The translations under genes were made by a program, and so were the position numbers. Below are positions 1 through 13,761 of a DNA stretch of 64,000 nt, in pieces; positions within the stretch are counted from its first letter, which is position 1; every line of letters begins with the position of its first letter. Origin of the DNA: Eledone cirrhosa (lineage: Eukaryota); the NCBI GenBank assembly GCA_964016885.1, contig OZ024765.1, positions 4,526,001 to 4,590,000 on the forward strand. The letters are read 5' to 3'. The notes beneath the pieces were generated by a model. It saw only the letters and a list, made by a program, of their open reading frames with translations, ran no database searches and was not told the origin of the DNA.

Positions 1-255
1 TAAAGGGTCGTAACTCTATGCTGGAAAGCATGACGTCTGCCCCTCTACCGGTATTGCCGAATAATTGTTTCTACTTTTGACACAAAGCTGGCAAATTACA
101 TAGTGTATTACTGGTACTTTATTTTATCGACCCCGTAAGGATGAAAGGCAAGGTTAACCTCGATGGGATTTGAACTCAGAAGGGCAAGGGCCATAACTCT
201 ATGCGTCAAAGCATGGCGTCGAAGCCTCTACCGATACTGCCAATCCACCGCCCTT
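1..255 (-). mobile_element. tRNA-derived SINE family A (Meta-domain-like), one near-full copy plus a partial head
   Basis: Reverse complement of the copy at 17284-17472 (GGGCGGTGGATTGGCAGTATCGGTAGAG...GAGTTCAAATCCC...GCCTTTCATCCTTACGGGGTCGATAAAATAAAGTACCAG). Confidence 0.85.
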
Positions 256-502
256 AATAATAATAATAATATGGATGAGGTGTTGACTTTTCCTTACATT
301 TATTGAGGAGAGATGTGCATTTCATGATTGATCAGCTCTAGGTTTGATCTGTATTGATTAGGCCTGATTCTGGAATCAAAAGCTCATAGGACATCTCCTG
401 TATAAAAACATACACACACACACACACACATACACACATATATACATACATATACATAAATACACATATATACACACATACATGTGTATATATATATATC
501 TA

Positions 503-1130
503 TCATCATCATCATCATCATCATCATCGTTTAACGTCCGTGTTCCATGCTTGCATGGGTTTGGACGGGGGTATTCCCACTTGAGGCAAGAGTGGTTGTC
601 TTGCTCGCATAGGACTATCTGGCGGGTTTTCTACAGCTGGATGCCCTTCCTAACACCAACCACATTTACAGTGTGGGGCTGGGAGGTTTTTACCGTGTTG
701 CCTACACGGCCACATTACAGCGTGAACTGTGTGTTTTTTTGACGTGACACCTACACAATCTCATTTGTTTCGGCCTGGATGTTGTGGCACCAACATAACT
801 TTACATTGAAAGGGGCGGTGTGGATGGGGTGGGGGTGGTGGGACGGGGGTGTATTTTGTTAGAGATGCCTACTGACTGTAGTAGGTTTTACTTTGTATTT
901 AGGTAAGGCGGGTCTTCTCTATTACTGAGTACCGCCAAAGGTCTCGGTCCAGTGACATTGTCTTGGTGAGGTGTAAGTGTGTGAGGTCGGAATTTATCAG
1001 CTCGTCCCAGGTTTTTCTGGGTCTGCCTATTCCGTGGCTACCGTCTATCTTTATTGCCCTGCACTTTGTTATACAGCTATCGTCCTTCATGCGCATCACG
1101 TGACCATACCAACGTAGCCTTCTCTCGAGT
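503..1130 (-). mobile_element. 5'-truncated RTE-clade LINE: ORF C-terminus, ~400-bp 3' UTR and (GAT)n tail
   Basis: RERRLRWYGHVMRM...GRPRKTWDELINSDL...DRDLWR, typical of the RTE C-terminus; ends AACCCATGCAAGCATGGAACACGGACGTTAAAC(GAT)n. Confidence 0.9.
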
Positions 1131-1149
1131 ATATATATATATATCTATA

Positions 1150-1188
<39 letters not shown>

Positions 1189-1494
1189 ATAATAATAAAA
1201 TTGAAGACTAAAATCCAAACCCGTACGCCATGTGCCTCCATATATATATGTATATATATAAAACATGAATTTTAGTTTTCTTTTTTCTTGTTGTGTATCC
1301 AGGTTTGGTATAGGTACACTGTATCCTTGTGTGTCGTAAGAAGTGTAAAAAACGGTTTCCAACCCATGCCAACATGGAAATGTTGATGATGATGATGATG
1401 ATGATATATATATATATATACACACGCACACACGCGCGCACAACAATGATAATGATAATAAATATGCATATGTGTGTTTGTGTGTATATATATA

Positions 1495-1525
<31 letters not shown>

Positions 1526-1575
1526 GAAGAGAGAGAGAGAGATGCACAATGATTATAATAATATGTATGTAGATA

Positions 1576-1643
<68 letters not shown>

Positions 1644-1769
1644 ATTTGATGTTTTAATCAACTAAAAACACCTCCTCACTTGCATATAATATATTCCATT
1701 ATGCAAATTGATTCCTTTTATGAAGAAAAAAAGAATAAAAGCAGTTATTATATACACGCACATGTATCT

Positions 1770-3574
1770 GTGTGTACATATATATATACATATATATATA
1801 TATGTATGTGTGTATGTATGTATGTATGTATGTATGTATGTATGTATGTATGTATGTGTGTGTATGTATGTATGTATGTGTATGTATGTATATATATATA
1901 TTTATGTATGTATATATATATATATTTATGTATGTATGTATGTATGTATATGTATGTATATATATATATATATTTATGTATGTATATATATATATATTTA
2001 TGTATGTATATATATATATTTATGTATGTATATATATATATATATATATTTATGTATGTATATATATATATTTATGTATGTATATATATATATTTATGCA
2101 TGTATATATATATATTTATGTATGTATATATATATATTTATGTATGTATATATTTATGTATGTATGCATATATATTTCTGTATGTATATATATCTATGTA
2201 GGTATGTATATATATTTATGTATAAATATGTATGTTTAAATATGTATGTATGTATGTATATATATTTATGTATAAATATGTATGCATGTATGTATATATA
2301 TTTATGTATAAATATGTATGCATGTATGTATATATATTAATGTATAAATATGTATGTATGTATATATATTTATGTATAAATATGTATGTATGTATATATA
2401 TTTATGTATAAATATGTATGCATGTATGTATATATATTTATGTATAAATATGTATGCATGTATGTATATATATTTATGTATAAATATGTATGCATGTATG
2501 TATATATATTTATGTATAAATATGTATGCATGTATGTATATATATTTATGTATAAATATGTATGTATGTATATATATTTATGTATAAATATGTATGTATG
2601 TATATATATTTATGTATAAATATGTATGCATGTATGTATATATATTTATGTATAAATATGTATGTATGTATATATATTTATGTATAAATATGTATGTATG
2701 TATATATATTTATGTATAAATATGTATGTATGTATATATATTTATGTATAAATATGTATGTATGTATATATATTTATGTATAAATATGTATGTATGTATA
2801 TATATTTATGTATAAATATGTATATATATATATCTATGTATAAATATGTATATATGTGTGTATATATATTTATGTATAAATATGTATATATGAGTATATT
2901 TATTTAAGTATAAATATGTATATATATATGAGTATATATATTTATGTATAAATATGTATATATATATATATGTGTGTATATATATGTATGTATAAATATG
3001 TACATATATATGTATATATATATATGTGTGTATATATATGTATGTATAAATATGTACATATATATGTATATATATATGCATGTATAAATATGTATATATA
3101 TGTAGATATATATATATATATATATGTGTAGATATATATATATATATATATGTAGATATATATATATATATGTAGATATATATATATATATGTAGATATA
3201 TATATATATATATATATGTGTAGATATATATATATATATATATGTAGATATATATATATATATGTAGATATATATATATATATGTAGATATATATATATA
3301 TGTAGATATATATATATATATGTAGATATATATATATATGTAGATATATATATATGTAGATATATATATATGTAGATATATATATATGTAGATATATATA
3401 TATGTAGATATATATATATGTAGATATATATATGTAGCTATATATATATACATATGAGTGTGCATCTCTCCATCTTTTCCATCTTTGTATGTCTCTATAT
3501 AGGTAACACAAATATGATATCGGTAGGATATATATATATATATATATATAACATATATATATAGATAAACACAC

Positions 3575-3633
<59 letters not shown>

Positions 3634-3886
3634 CACATATAGGATATATATGCACATGTAATCATTATCATTCATCATAAAATGTATATGCATGATATGC
3701 ACGTGTAATATATATCTATACATATATATATATATATATAGATATGATATATATATATGATATATATATATGATATATATATATGATATATATATATATG
3801 ATATATATATATATATATATATATATATCATATATATATATATATATATATCATATATATATATATATATGATATATATATATATA

Positions 3887-3936
<50 letters not shown>

Positions 3937-3940
3937 ATAT
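1770..3940. repeat. Compound TA/TATG/TAGA microsatellite with a 28-32-bp minisatellite at ~2200-2830
   Basis: Direct reading; unit TATATATTTATGTATAAATATGTATG(CATG). Confidence 0.95.
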
Positions 3941-4019
3941 CATAGAAAATCTCTAAAGAAAGGAAATGAAATGCAACAAAAGTTTCGGTAAAGAATGCTT
4001 GATATTCCCCCCCTCTGCA

Positions 4020-4630
4020 CCTCACCCTCTCCCTTCCTCCCCAGCCCACCTACTCTCCCCTTCCTCCCCCACCTACTCCCCTCTTCCTTCCCAGCCCACC
4101 TACTCCCCCCCAGCCCACCTACTCTCCCCTTCCTCCCCAGCCCACCTACTCCCCTCTTCCTTCCCAGCCCACCTACTCCCCCCCGGCCCACCTACTCTCC
4201 CCTTCCTCCCCAGCCCACCTACTCCCCTCTTCCTCCCCAGCCCACCTACTCCCCCCAGCCCACCTACTCTCCCCTTTCTCCCCAGCCCCCCTACTACACC
4301 CCCTACTCTCCCCTTCCTCCCCAGCCCACCTACTCCCCTCTTCCTCCCCAGCCCACCTACTCCCCTCTTCCTCCCCAGCCAACCTACTCCCCCCAGCCCC
4401 CCTACTACACCCCCTACTCTCCCCTTCCTCCCCAGCCAACCTACTCCCCCCAGCCCCCCTACTAAACCCCCTACTCTCCCCAGCCCCCCTACTACACCCC
4501 CTACTCTCCCCTTCCTCCCCAGCCCACCTACTCCCCCCAAGCCCCCCTACTCTCCCCTTTCTCCCCCCCTACTACTACACCCCGACTCCCCCCCACCTAC
4601 TCCCCCTCCCCCTACACCCCCACTCCCCTT
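4020..4630. repeat. C-rich degenerate minisatellite (CCCCAGCCCACCTACTC...), G-rich on the - strand
   Basis: Repeated 17-29-bp C-run modules. Confidence 0.9.
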
Positions 4631-4660
4631 CAAATCAATCTGGAATATGGAAATATGAAG

Positions 4661-4739
4661 AATTCCTAACTGGCATCTGAGAGACCAATCAGAGCTGCTG
4701 CTGCTGTGTGATATTGAGGATATCTCATATGTTCCTATG
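4661..4739 (+). CDS. Candidate host exon ([26 protein letters not shown])
   Basis: ag|...ATG|gttggt; open, non-repetitive reading frame; weak acceptor; phase fits 6333-6392. Confidence 0.25.
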
Positions 4740-4816
4740 GTTGGTATCTTGGAAATATACCATACACCCTCACACATATAGATGTATGTATATACGATGA
4801 TGATGATGATACACAC

Positions 4817-4849
<33 letters not shown>

Positions 4850-4850
4850 C

Positions 4851-4895
<45 letters not shown>

Positions 4896-4947
4896 AGTAT
4901 GCATGTATATATATATATATATAAATAATTTTGAGGATGTGCTGGTT

Positions 4948-4990
<43 letters not shown>

Positions 4991-4996
<6 letters not shown>

Positions 4997-5043
4997 TCAT
5001 GTTTATATATATCTCAAAACATTGCACGCATGCACGCAAACAC

Positions 5044-5093
<50 letters not shown>

Positions 5094-5146
5094 GTGTTTG
5101 TGTGCATGCGTGCAATGTTTTGAGATATATATAAACATGATGAATA
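4991..5146. repeat. Inverted repeat with ~54-bp unique arms around a (TA)n spacer
   Basis: TTCATCATGTTTATATATATCTCAAAACATTGCACGCATGCACGCAAACACATT and its reverse complement, one mismatch. Confidence 0.95.
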
Positions 5147-5149
5147 TAT

Positions 5150-5965
<816 letters not shown>

Positions 5966-6065
5966 ATATCTTCGAAACATACCACGCATGCACGCACATA
6001 TATATATATATATATTTATATATTTAGTTATATAAGTATATACCTTTTTACATGTATATGTACAG

Positions 6066-6119
<54 letters not shown>

Positions 6120-6332
6120 GAACACACCTACATTCATGCCTATACACCCCCCCCCCACACACACATACATATAACCATTCCTTTAATCTTCTTCGATACA
6201 TCCACCCCACAGCCGCAGTACTTTAGTACTGAGGACTGCTAAGAAAGGATTCATGCTTTTCCTTCGCACCAACGAATTGAGGTTTCCCTTTGTTATTATC
6301 TGCAGTGGTTGTTTCTTTGTGTGTTTGTTTAG

Positions 6333-6392
6333 ATTTCCTACCTACAATCAGTAATGGTGTTTGAGTTGTTAGCAGTACGAAGAAAAGGAGAG
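6333..6392 (+). CDS. Candidate host exon (ISYLQSVMVFELLAVRRKGE)
   Basis: T-rich acceptor tttgtttag|, donor GAG|gtatcc, 60 bp, open in phase 0. Confidence 0.3.
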
Positions 6393-6564
6393 GTATCCAT
6401 CTGTATGACTAGTTCTACTTCAACAATGTAGACAATGATTAGTTTTTGACAATAACGAATAAAGCCTCCACAATTTATGCTTGCATGGAGAAGGAGGTGA
6501 ATTGTCAGAGTTGTCAGAGCGGTGAATTAAATAAAATACTTGGCAGTATTTGTTGTTGTAGAGT

Positions 6565-7805
6565 CCCTTTGAGTAACGTTACTTGATAGAATGTGTAGCC
6601 TGGAAATCAGAGAGTCTCTCCAGGTAGAGCTGCTACTTCTTCAAATTGAGAGATTACAGCTCTGATATTATGGACATGTGGTTTGAATGCTTCAGTAAAA
6701 GAATCATTCAACAGATTGGTAGCTCAGAGATCAGAGAGTCTGTCCAGGTAGAGCTGCTACTTCTTCAAATTGAGAGATTACAGCTCTGATATTATGGACA
6801 TGTGGTTTGAGCTCTGATATTATGGATTCATGGTTTGAATGTCTCATGAAAGAATCACTGGTTTGTAGTTCGGAGATCAGAGAGTCACTCCAGGTAAAGC
6901 TGCTACTTTTCCTAATTGAGAGATCGCAGGTCTGATATTATGAACATGTGGTTTGAATGCTTCATGAAAGAATCATTCAACAGATTGGTAGCTCGGAGAT
7001 CAGAGAGTCATTCTAGGTACAGCTGCTACTTCTTCAAATTAAGAAATCACAGCGCTGATATTATGGATATGTGATTAGAATGTCTCATGAAAGAATCGCT
7101 GAACAGATTTGTAGCTTGGAGATCAGAGGGTCAATCCAGGTATATCTGCTACTTCTCCAAATTAAGAGATCTCAGCTCTGATATTACAGACATGTAGTTA
7201 GAATGTGGTTCCTCCAAAGACCCTTTGGAGTAAAGTTACTTGATAGTGTGTGTAGCTCAGGATCTGACAGTTAGTTGCTACTTCTCTGAATTGAGAGATC
7301 ACAGCTCTGATACTATGGACATGTGGTTAGAATGTCTCAGGAAAGAATCACTGTAGAAATTTGTAGCTCGGAGATGAGAGAGTCACTCCAGGTAGAGCTG
7401 CTACTTCTCTGAATTGAGAGATCACAGCTCTGATACTATGGACATGTGGTTAGAATGTCTGAGGAAAGAATCACTGGACATATTTGTAGCTCAGAGATCA
7501 GAGTCACTCCAGGTAGAGCTGCTACTTCTCTGAATTGAGATATCACAGCACCAACATTACTGAGACGTGGTTAGAATGTCTTAGGAAAGAATCGGTGGAT
7601 AGATTTTATTGGCAAAACCAACCGGTAAGAGACCCAGGAGTAGACCCCGAGCAAGATGGTTGGATAACATCCATGAGCTCAGCTGGTCTTACTCAGGGAT
7701 CCAGCAAGATCAATTTGGGATGGTTGCTTCTGACTAGAATCATTGGAAGATGTGTCAGTGTACTTTGCTTCCATGACTCTCAAGCATAAGAGGTGGGAAA
7801 ATAGA
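6565..7805 (+). mobile_element. Degenerate RTE (Expander/Rex3-like) 3' end with ~8 tandem copies of an internal ~110-125-bp ORF segment
   Basis: Unit translates SSEIRESLQVELLLLQIERSQL*YYGHVVRMSQERI; the last copy runs into LAKPTGKRPRSRPRARWLDNIHELSW. Confidence 0.85.
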
Positions 7806-7814
7806 CAAAGAAGA

Positions 7815-10030
7815 ATATATATATGTATTTATGTGTGTATGTGTATATATATCAGACCAGGGTCTAATATATATATGTATTTATGTGTGTATGTGTATAT
7901 ATATCAGACTAGGGTCTAATATATATATGTATTTATGTGTGTATGTGTATATATATCAGACTAGGGTCTAATATATATATGTATTTATGTGTGTATGTGT
8001 ATATATATCAGACCAGGGTCTAATATATATATGTATTTATGTGTGTATGTGTATATATATCAGGCCAGAGTCTAATATATATATGTATTTATGTGGGTAT
8101 GTGTATATATATCAGACCAGAGTCTAATATATATATGTATTTATGTGGGTATGTGTGTATATATATCAGACCAGGGTCTAATATATATATGTATTTATGT
8201 GTGTATGTGTGTATATATATCAGACCAGGGTCTAATATATATATGTATTTATGTGTGTATGTGTATATATATCAGGCCAGAGTCTAATATATATATATAT
8301 TTATGTGTGTATGTGTGTATATATATCAGGCCAGAGTCTAATATATATATGTATTTATGTGGGTATGTGTGTATATATATCAGACCAGGGTCTAATATAT
8401 ATATGTATTTATGTGGGTATGTGTATATATATCAGACCAGGGTCTAATATATATATGTATTTATGTGTGTATGTGTGTATATATATCAGGCCAGAGTCTA
8501 ATATATATATGTATTTATGTGGGTATGTGTGTATATATATCAGACCAGGGTCTAATATATATATGTATTTATGTGGGTATGTGTGTATATATATCAGACC
8601 AGGGTCTAATATATATATATAGTTATGTGTGTATGTGTATATATATCAGGCCAGAGTCTAATATATATATGTATTTATGTGGGTATGTGTATATATATCA
8701 GACCAGAGTCTAATATATATATGTATTTATGTGGGTATGTGTGTATATATATCAGACCAGGGTCTAATATATATATGTATTTATGTGTGTATGTGTATAT
8801 ATATCAGGCCAGAGTCTAATATATATATGTATTTATGTGTGTATGTGTATATATATCAGACCAGGGTCAAATATATATATGTATTTATGTGTGTATGTGT
8901 ATATATATCAGGCCAGAGTCTAATATATATATGTATTTATGTGTGTATGTGTATATATATCAGGCCAGAGTCTAATATATATATGTATTTATGTGGGTAT
9001 GTGTATATATATATCAGACCAGAGTCTAATATATATATATATTTATGTGTGTATGTGTATATATATCAGACCAGGGTCTAATATATATATATATTTATGT
9101 GTGTATGTGTATATATATCAGACCAGAGTCTAATATATATATGTATTTATGTGTGTATGTGTATATATATCAGACCAGAGTCTAATATATATATGTATTT
9201 ATGTGGGTATGTGTATATATATATCAGACCAGAGTCTAATATATATATGTATTTATGTGTGTATGTGTATATATATCAGGCCAGAGTCTAATATATATAT
9301 GTATTTATGTGGGTATGTGTATATATATATCAGACCAGAGTCTAATATATATATATATTTATGTGTGTATGTGTATATATATCAGACCAGGGTCTAATAT
9401 ATATATATATTTATGTGTGTATGTGTATATATATCAGACCAGAGTCTAATATATATATGTATTTATGTGTGTATGTGTATATATATCAGACCAGAGTCTA
9501 ATATATATATGTATTTATGTGTGTATGTATATATATATCAGACCAGAGTCTAATATATATATGTATTTATGTGGGTATGTGTATATATATATCAGACCAG
9601 AGTCTAATATATATATGTATTTATGTGTGTATGTGTATATATATCAGACCAGAGTCTAATATATATATGTATTTATGTGTGTATGTGTATATATATCAGG
9701 CCAGGGTCTAATATATATATGTATTTATGTGGGTATGTGTGTATATATATCAGACCAGGGTCTAATATATATATGTATTTATGTGTGTATGTGTATATAT
9801 ATCAGGCCAGGGTCTAATATATATATGTATTTATGTGTGTATGTGTATATATATCAGGCCATAGTCTAATATATATATATAGTTATGTGGGTATGTGTGT
9901 ATATATATCAGACCAGGGTCTAATATATATATGTATTTATGTGTGTATGTGTATATATATATCAGACCAGGGTCTAATATATATATGTATTTATGTGTGT
10001 ATGTGTATATATATCAGGCCAGGGTCTAAT
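7815..10030. repeat. 52-54-bp minisatellite, ~40 copies
   Basis: Unit CAG(A/G)CCAG(G/A)GTCTAATATATATATGTATTTATGTG(T/G)GTATGTGTATATATAT. Confidence 0.97.
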
Positions 10031-10244
10031 GGGGAGCTGGTTTATTTGCTGCCCACACGACCTGGAATCAGGTTTTACTGGGTTACATAGTACCAGTAGC
10101 AGGTAGGAACTTGACCTGACCTGACCAGGGTCTGGTGGGAGAGTTAATTTAGTCACTGACCACATGATCACGAAACAAGTTTTACTAGGTTACATGATAT
10201 TAGTAGCAGGCAGGAACCTGACCTGGCCAGCGATGCATTCTTCC

Positions 10245-10297
<53 letters not shown>

Positions 10298-10326
10298 TGT
10301 AATGAACAACATAAGATAATTATTTC

Positions 10327-10378
10327 ATTTACCAGTGGTTTCTTGAAGGCAGATATATTTGTTTTCAGTCATCAGAAT
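10327..10378 (-). ncRNA. Decayed type I hammerhead ribozyme motif
   Basis: CTGATGA - mismatched stem II (ctgaa...ttcaa) - GAAA-ccactgg-TA; stem I only 3 bp. Confidence 0.4.
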
Positions 10379-10392
10379 TACTTCACATATAT

Positions 10393-10745
10393 GGAGGCAC
10401 ATGGCTTAGTGGTTAGAGCATTGGCCTTGCAATCGAAAGGTTGTGAGTTCAATTCCCAGACCGGGTGATGTGTTGTTTCCTTGAGCAAGACACTTTATTT
10501 CACATTGCTCCAGTTTACTCAGCTGTAGAAATGAGATGATAGGGACTGGGGTCCTTATCATTCCACTGCAAAGTGGTTGTGGAGGTGCCATGGCAAAAAA
10601 GCACCCAGCACTCACTGTAAATGAGGTTGGTGTTAGGAAGGGCATCCAGCTGTAGAAATCAAGCCAGAATCAGTTCCCGTCCCACCCTTGCAAGCAGGGA
10701 AAAAGCGGACGTAAAATGAAATGATGATGATGATGATGATGATAT
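10393..10745 (+). mobile_element. tRNA-derived SINE family B (CORE-like) with RTE-derived 3' tail
   Basis: A box TGGCTTAGTGG, B box GAGTTCAATTC, CCTTGAGCAAGACACTT core, tail CCCGTCCCACCCTTGCAAGCAGGGAAAAAGCGGACGTAAAATG...(ATG)n. Confidence 0.9.
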
Positions 10746-10934
10746 ATATGTGTATGTATGGACCCGTATCTCCTAAGGGAGTTGTATGGGCACCATATTG
10801 ACATGTGGTGTTTCTAAATTTGGTGGTGCCCATTCTGAATACAGAGAAGGATAGAGTGAGAGAGAAATGAAGATGGAAAGAACTATAGAGGAAGAATTGA
10901 CCTCAGTACTAAACTGGTACTTTATTTATCAACC

Positions 10935-11140
10935 TTAACCCATTTAACATTTAAATTACTCTGTATATATACTATTGTATTTTCATGGTAAAGGCTTTAT
11001 CTGACATAATATCAAATCTATGAGTTTTTGATATTATTTATTTTGAGAACAATACTTTAACATCAGTATGAGCGGCTGGTTACAGCTGGTTTGAACACAA
11101 AGACGTGAAAGAATTCTGGCCAGATACTGCTGGTTTGAGT
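10935..11140 (+). mobile_element. piggyBac-type TTAA MITE family 1, right end decayed
   Basis: TTAA-CCCATTTAACATTTA start; body matches 18021-18241. Confidence 0.75.
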
Positions 11141-11159
11141 AGTTGAAAGGCAAAGTATA

Positions 11160-11290
11160 TTTATCATATTTTCCAGTGCCAAAGACACTCAAGGATGCTC
11201 CTTAATTTTGACAACCTAAAATTTGAAAAAAATAAAATAAACAACCTTCGGCCTCCAGGACGCATGGTAGATCTTTGAGACTTATTTTAA
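11160..11290 (-). mobile_element. Fragment of pogo-like MITE (homologous to 55773-55945)
   Basis: AACCTTCGGCCTCCAGGACGCAT...TTTGAGACTTATTTTA is the reverse complement of 55810-55860. Confidence 0.6.
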
Positions 11291-12167
11291 TATGATAATT
11301 ACTTGTATGAATTCTGAATCACAATGTCCCCTAAATCCTGCTACCAACAATAATTTCCATGAAGCTATGAAGCTATGAAGCATCCCATCTAATTATTATG
11401 AAACCTCACAAATCACAATTCTGGTGTTTGAAGAAATATCCCCAAAATCACTTACTTTACGTAACACAGCATGTGGAAAGAATTTTGAAAATAAATTTGT
11501 GATTTTGATAGCAATAATCCTTTTAAAAATAATTTTGTGATTCTAATTGCAGTAATCCTTTAAAAAATAATTCATCATATCAAACTAGGAAAGGATCAAA
11601 AATAGTTTAATCAAATTCTCAAAATCCCATCAAGTAATTTTTTTTGTTTAGTAAAATCAGATTGAAATAGCATTTTAAAAAATTGATTAATTAATAAAAT
11701 CACAGCATTATTTGGCAGAAGTAATTTTTTTTAAAAATTAATTTTTATTAATTTTATTAATTTGTTAGAATATATAAAATATATAAAATATATAAATTAT
11801 ATAAATTTTATAAAATACATCATATAATGTAATCCTTTTAAGCAGTAAGTTGAGAGGACAGGGAGAAAAGGAGAAGAGAGCAGCGTGAGTTATGTCTTGA
11901 TGGGGATTTGTTCCGGATCTGTGTGTTCTGTGTATTCAGAGTTTAAGGTTCAAATCCCACCAAGGTCAACTTTACCTGTCATACATTCAGAGATGATGAA
12001 ACTAAGTACTAGTCCAGAGAGGGGTGGGATTAGGGAATTGTTAAAGTACCAGATAAGATGCTGATGTTTTAATTTCTAAGTCCAAAAGCTTCTGTGGCCA
12101 ATTTAAGTTGTAGAACTTATACAGAAACTCTCTGGCGCTATTTGTTCTAATGTACAAACTATCAGCG

Positions 12168-12204
<37 letters not shown>

Positions 12205-12216
<12 letters not shown>

Positions 12217-12560
12217 ACATTTTAAAACTGGTCTTTAAAAAACTGCCAAAATTGGGGGTGTAATATATTGTCAAAGATCTACGAACTAAAGACAAAATCT
12301 TCCAGTACAGAGAGGAGGCTACAACAGAAATATTACCAGTCTGAGAGAGAGGACATCTTGAAGCTGGCATTTAAAAAACTACCAAGATTAGACATACAAT
12401 ATATTGTCAAGGATATGTGAGCCATAAACAATCTCTTCCAGTACATGGAGGAAGGTATGAAAAGATTCAATAACAGAAATATTACCAGTCTGAGAGAGAG
12501 GACATCTTGAAGCTGGCATTTAAAAAACTACCAAGATTGGAGATACACTATATTGTCTGA
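12205..12560. repeat. Degenerate ~150-bp tandem repeat, ~2.5 copies
   Basis: ACAGAAATATTACCAGTCTGAGAGAGAGGACATCTTGAAGCTGGCATTTAAAAAACTACCAAGATT at ~12323 and ~12473. Confidence 0.85.
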
Positions 12561-12624
12561 CTTGTGGAAAGTTCGGCCTCTTGGCTTTTGGTCTCTACTC
12601 AGTTTGTTAGCTAATTGTATTTAG

Positions 12625-12677
12625 CACCAAACATGAAGGGATATCATCATCCTCAGAATCGATACACCTCCAAGCAA
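12625..12677 (+). CDS. Candidate host exon (53 bp)
   Basis: Branch-like CTAAT, acceptor tgtatttag|, donor CAA|gtaagt; two frames open. Confidence 0.3.
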
Positions 12678-12685
12678 GTAAGTGT

Positions 12686-13200
12686 GTGTGTGAAGTGCAA
12701 TGTTGCATGGGAGTGAAACATCATCATCATCATCATCTGGCAGCCTCAGCCAAAATGGACTCAACAATGGATCTCCACGTGGGTCTGTCGTTCATTGAAA
12801 CATTGGCAGTGACTGCAGAGGACATGCATAGACTAGAGAGAAATGAAGCAACCATGCTTAGATGTGCCATGTAAATGTGAGAGAAAGGCAGAGCCTGGTT
12901 GAGCTGAGAGAGAAGCTGAGCTTAAGGGGAATCCGAAGTGGTGTGCAAGAGAGAAGATTGCGTTGGTATGGACATGTGATGGGCAGGGGTGAATAGGTCT
13001 TGTGAAATACCAGTGGTAGGAAGCCACAGCAAAGGTAGACCAAGAAAGACCTTGGCAGATGGACAGAGGTAGCGAGAGCTGGTCTCAAGTTGCTTAGACT
13101 CACAGAGGAGATGATGCAAGAACATGGCTTGTAGAGAAATTCTGGGCTGAAAAAGACCTGTACAACCCATGCAAGTATGGAAAAGGGGACATAAAAATGG
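12686..13200 (+). mobile_element. Degenerate RTE LINE 3' end
   Basis: ETLAVTAEDMHRLERNEATMLR...QERRLRWYGHVM...GRPRKT; tail AACCCATGCAAGTATGGAAAAGGGGAC. Confidence 0.9.
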
Positions 13201-13473
13201 TGGTGGTGTGGTGTAGTGGTGGTGGTGGTGGTGGTGGCGGTGGTGGTGGTATGGTGTAGTGGTGGTGGTGGCAGTGGTGGTGGTAGTGGCGATGGTGGCG
13301 GTGGTGGTGGTAGTGGCGATGGTGGTGGCAGTGGCGGTAGTAGTGGCGGCGGTGGTGGTGGTGGTGGTGGTGGCAGCGGTGGTGGCGGAGGAGGAGGATT
13401 TACATACTCCACGCTCCGAATCATTTCAGAAGCAAAAACAGATTTTTACACAAAATTATGATTGCAGCTTTCT

Positions 13474-13712
13474 ATGGCCAAATGGTTAAGATACTTGCCA
13501 TGTGATCGTAATGTTGATGGTTCAATACCTGGACAAGTATTGAACACATTGTGTTCTTGTGCCCCAGTACACTCAGCGGAGAGTGAGTACCAACAGTAGC
13601 TGGGAAGTTAACCCTGCAATAGACTGGTGTCCTATCCAGGAAGAGTCTTCTACTCTTAGTGGTTTAACGTGAAGGAAACTGGAATAAACATCAGATTGAC
13701 GAGCCTTCGGTT
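13474..13712 (+). mobile_element. Third tRNA-headed SINE family, degenerate
   Basis: TGGCCAAATGGTTAAG...GGTTCAATACC head; body CCTGCAATAGACTGGTGTCCTATCCAGG. Confidence 0.6.
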
Positions 13713-13761
13713 TACAACAGGCTGTTTTTTTGTTTAAATAAATAAATATTAACACTTTAAT

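Noticed and set aside
3966-4658. Extensin-like Pro-rich protein
   Set aside because: C-rich minisatellite open in several frames on both strands.
7815-10030. CRISPR-like array (also considered at 36.6-38.0 and 62.5-63.6 kb)
   Set aside because: No unique spacers, no cas genes, eukaryotic context.
10393-10460. tRNA gene (also 13762, 24493, 17284, 28820)
   Set aside because: A and B boxes are present but the cloverleaf is poor and the sequence continues into SINE body and tail.
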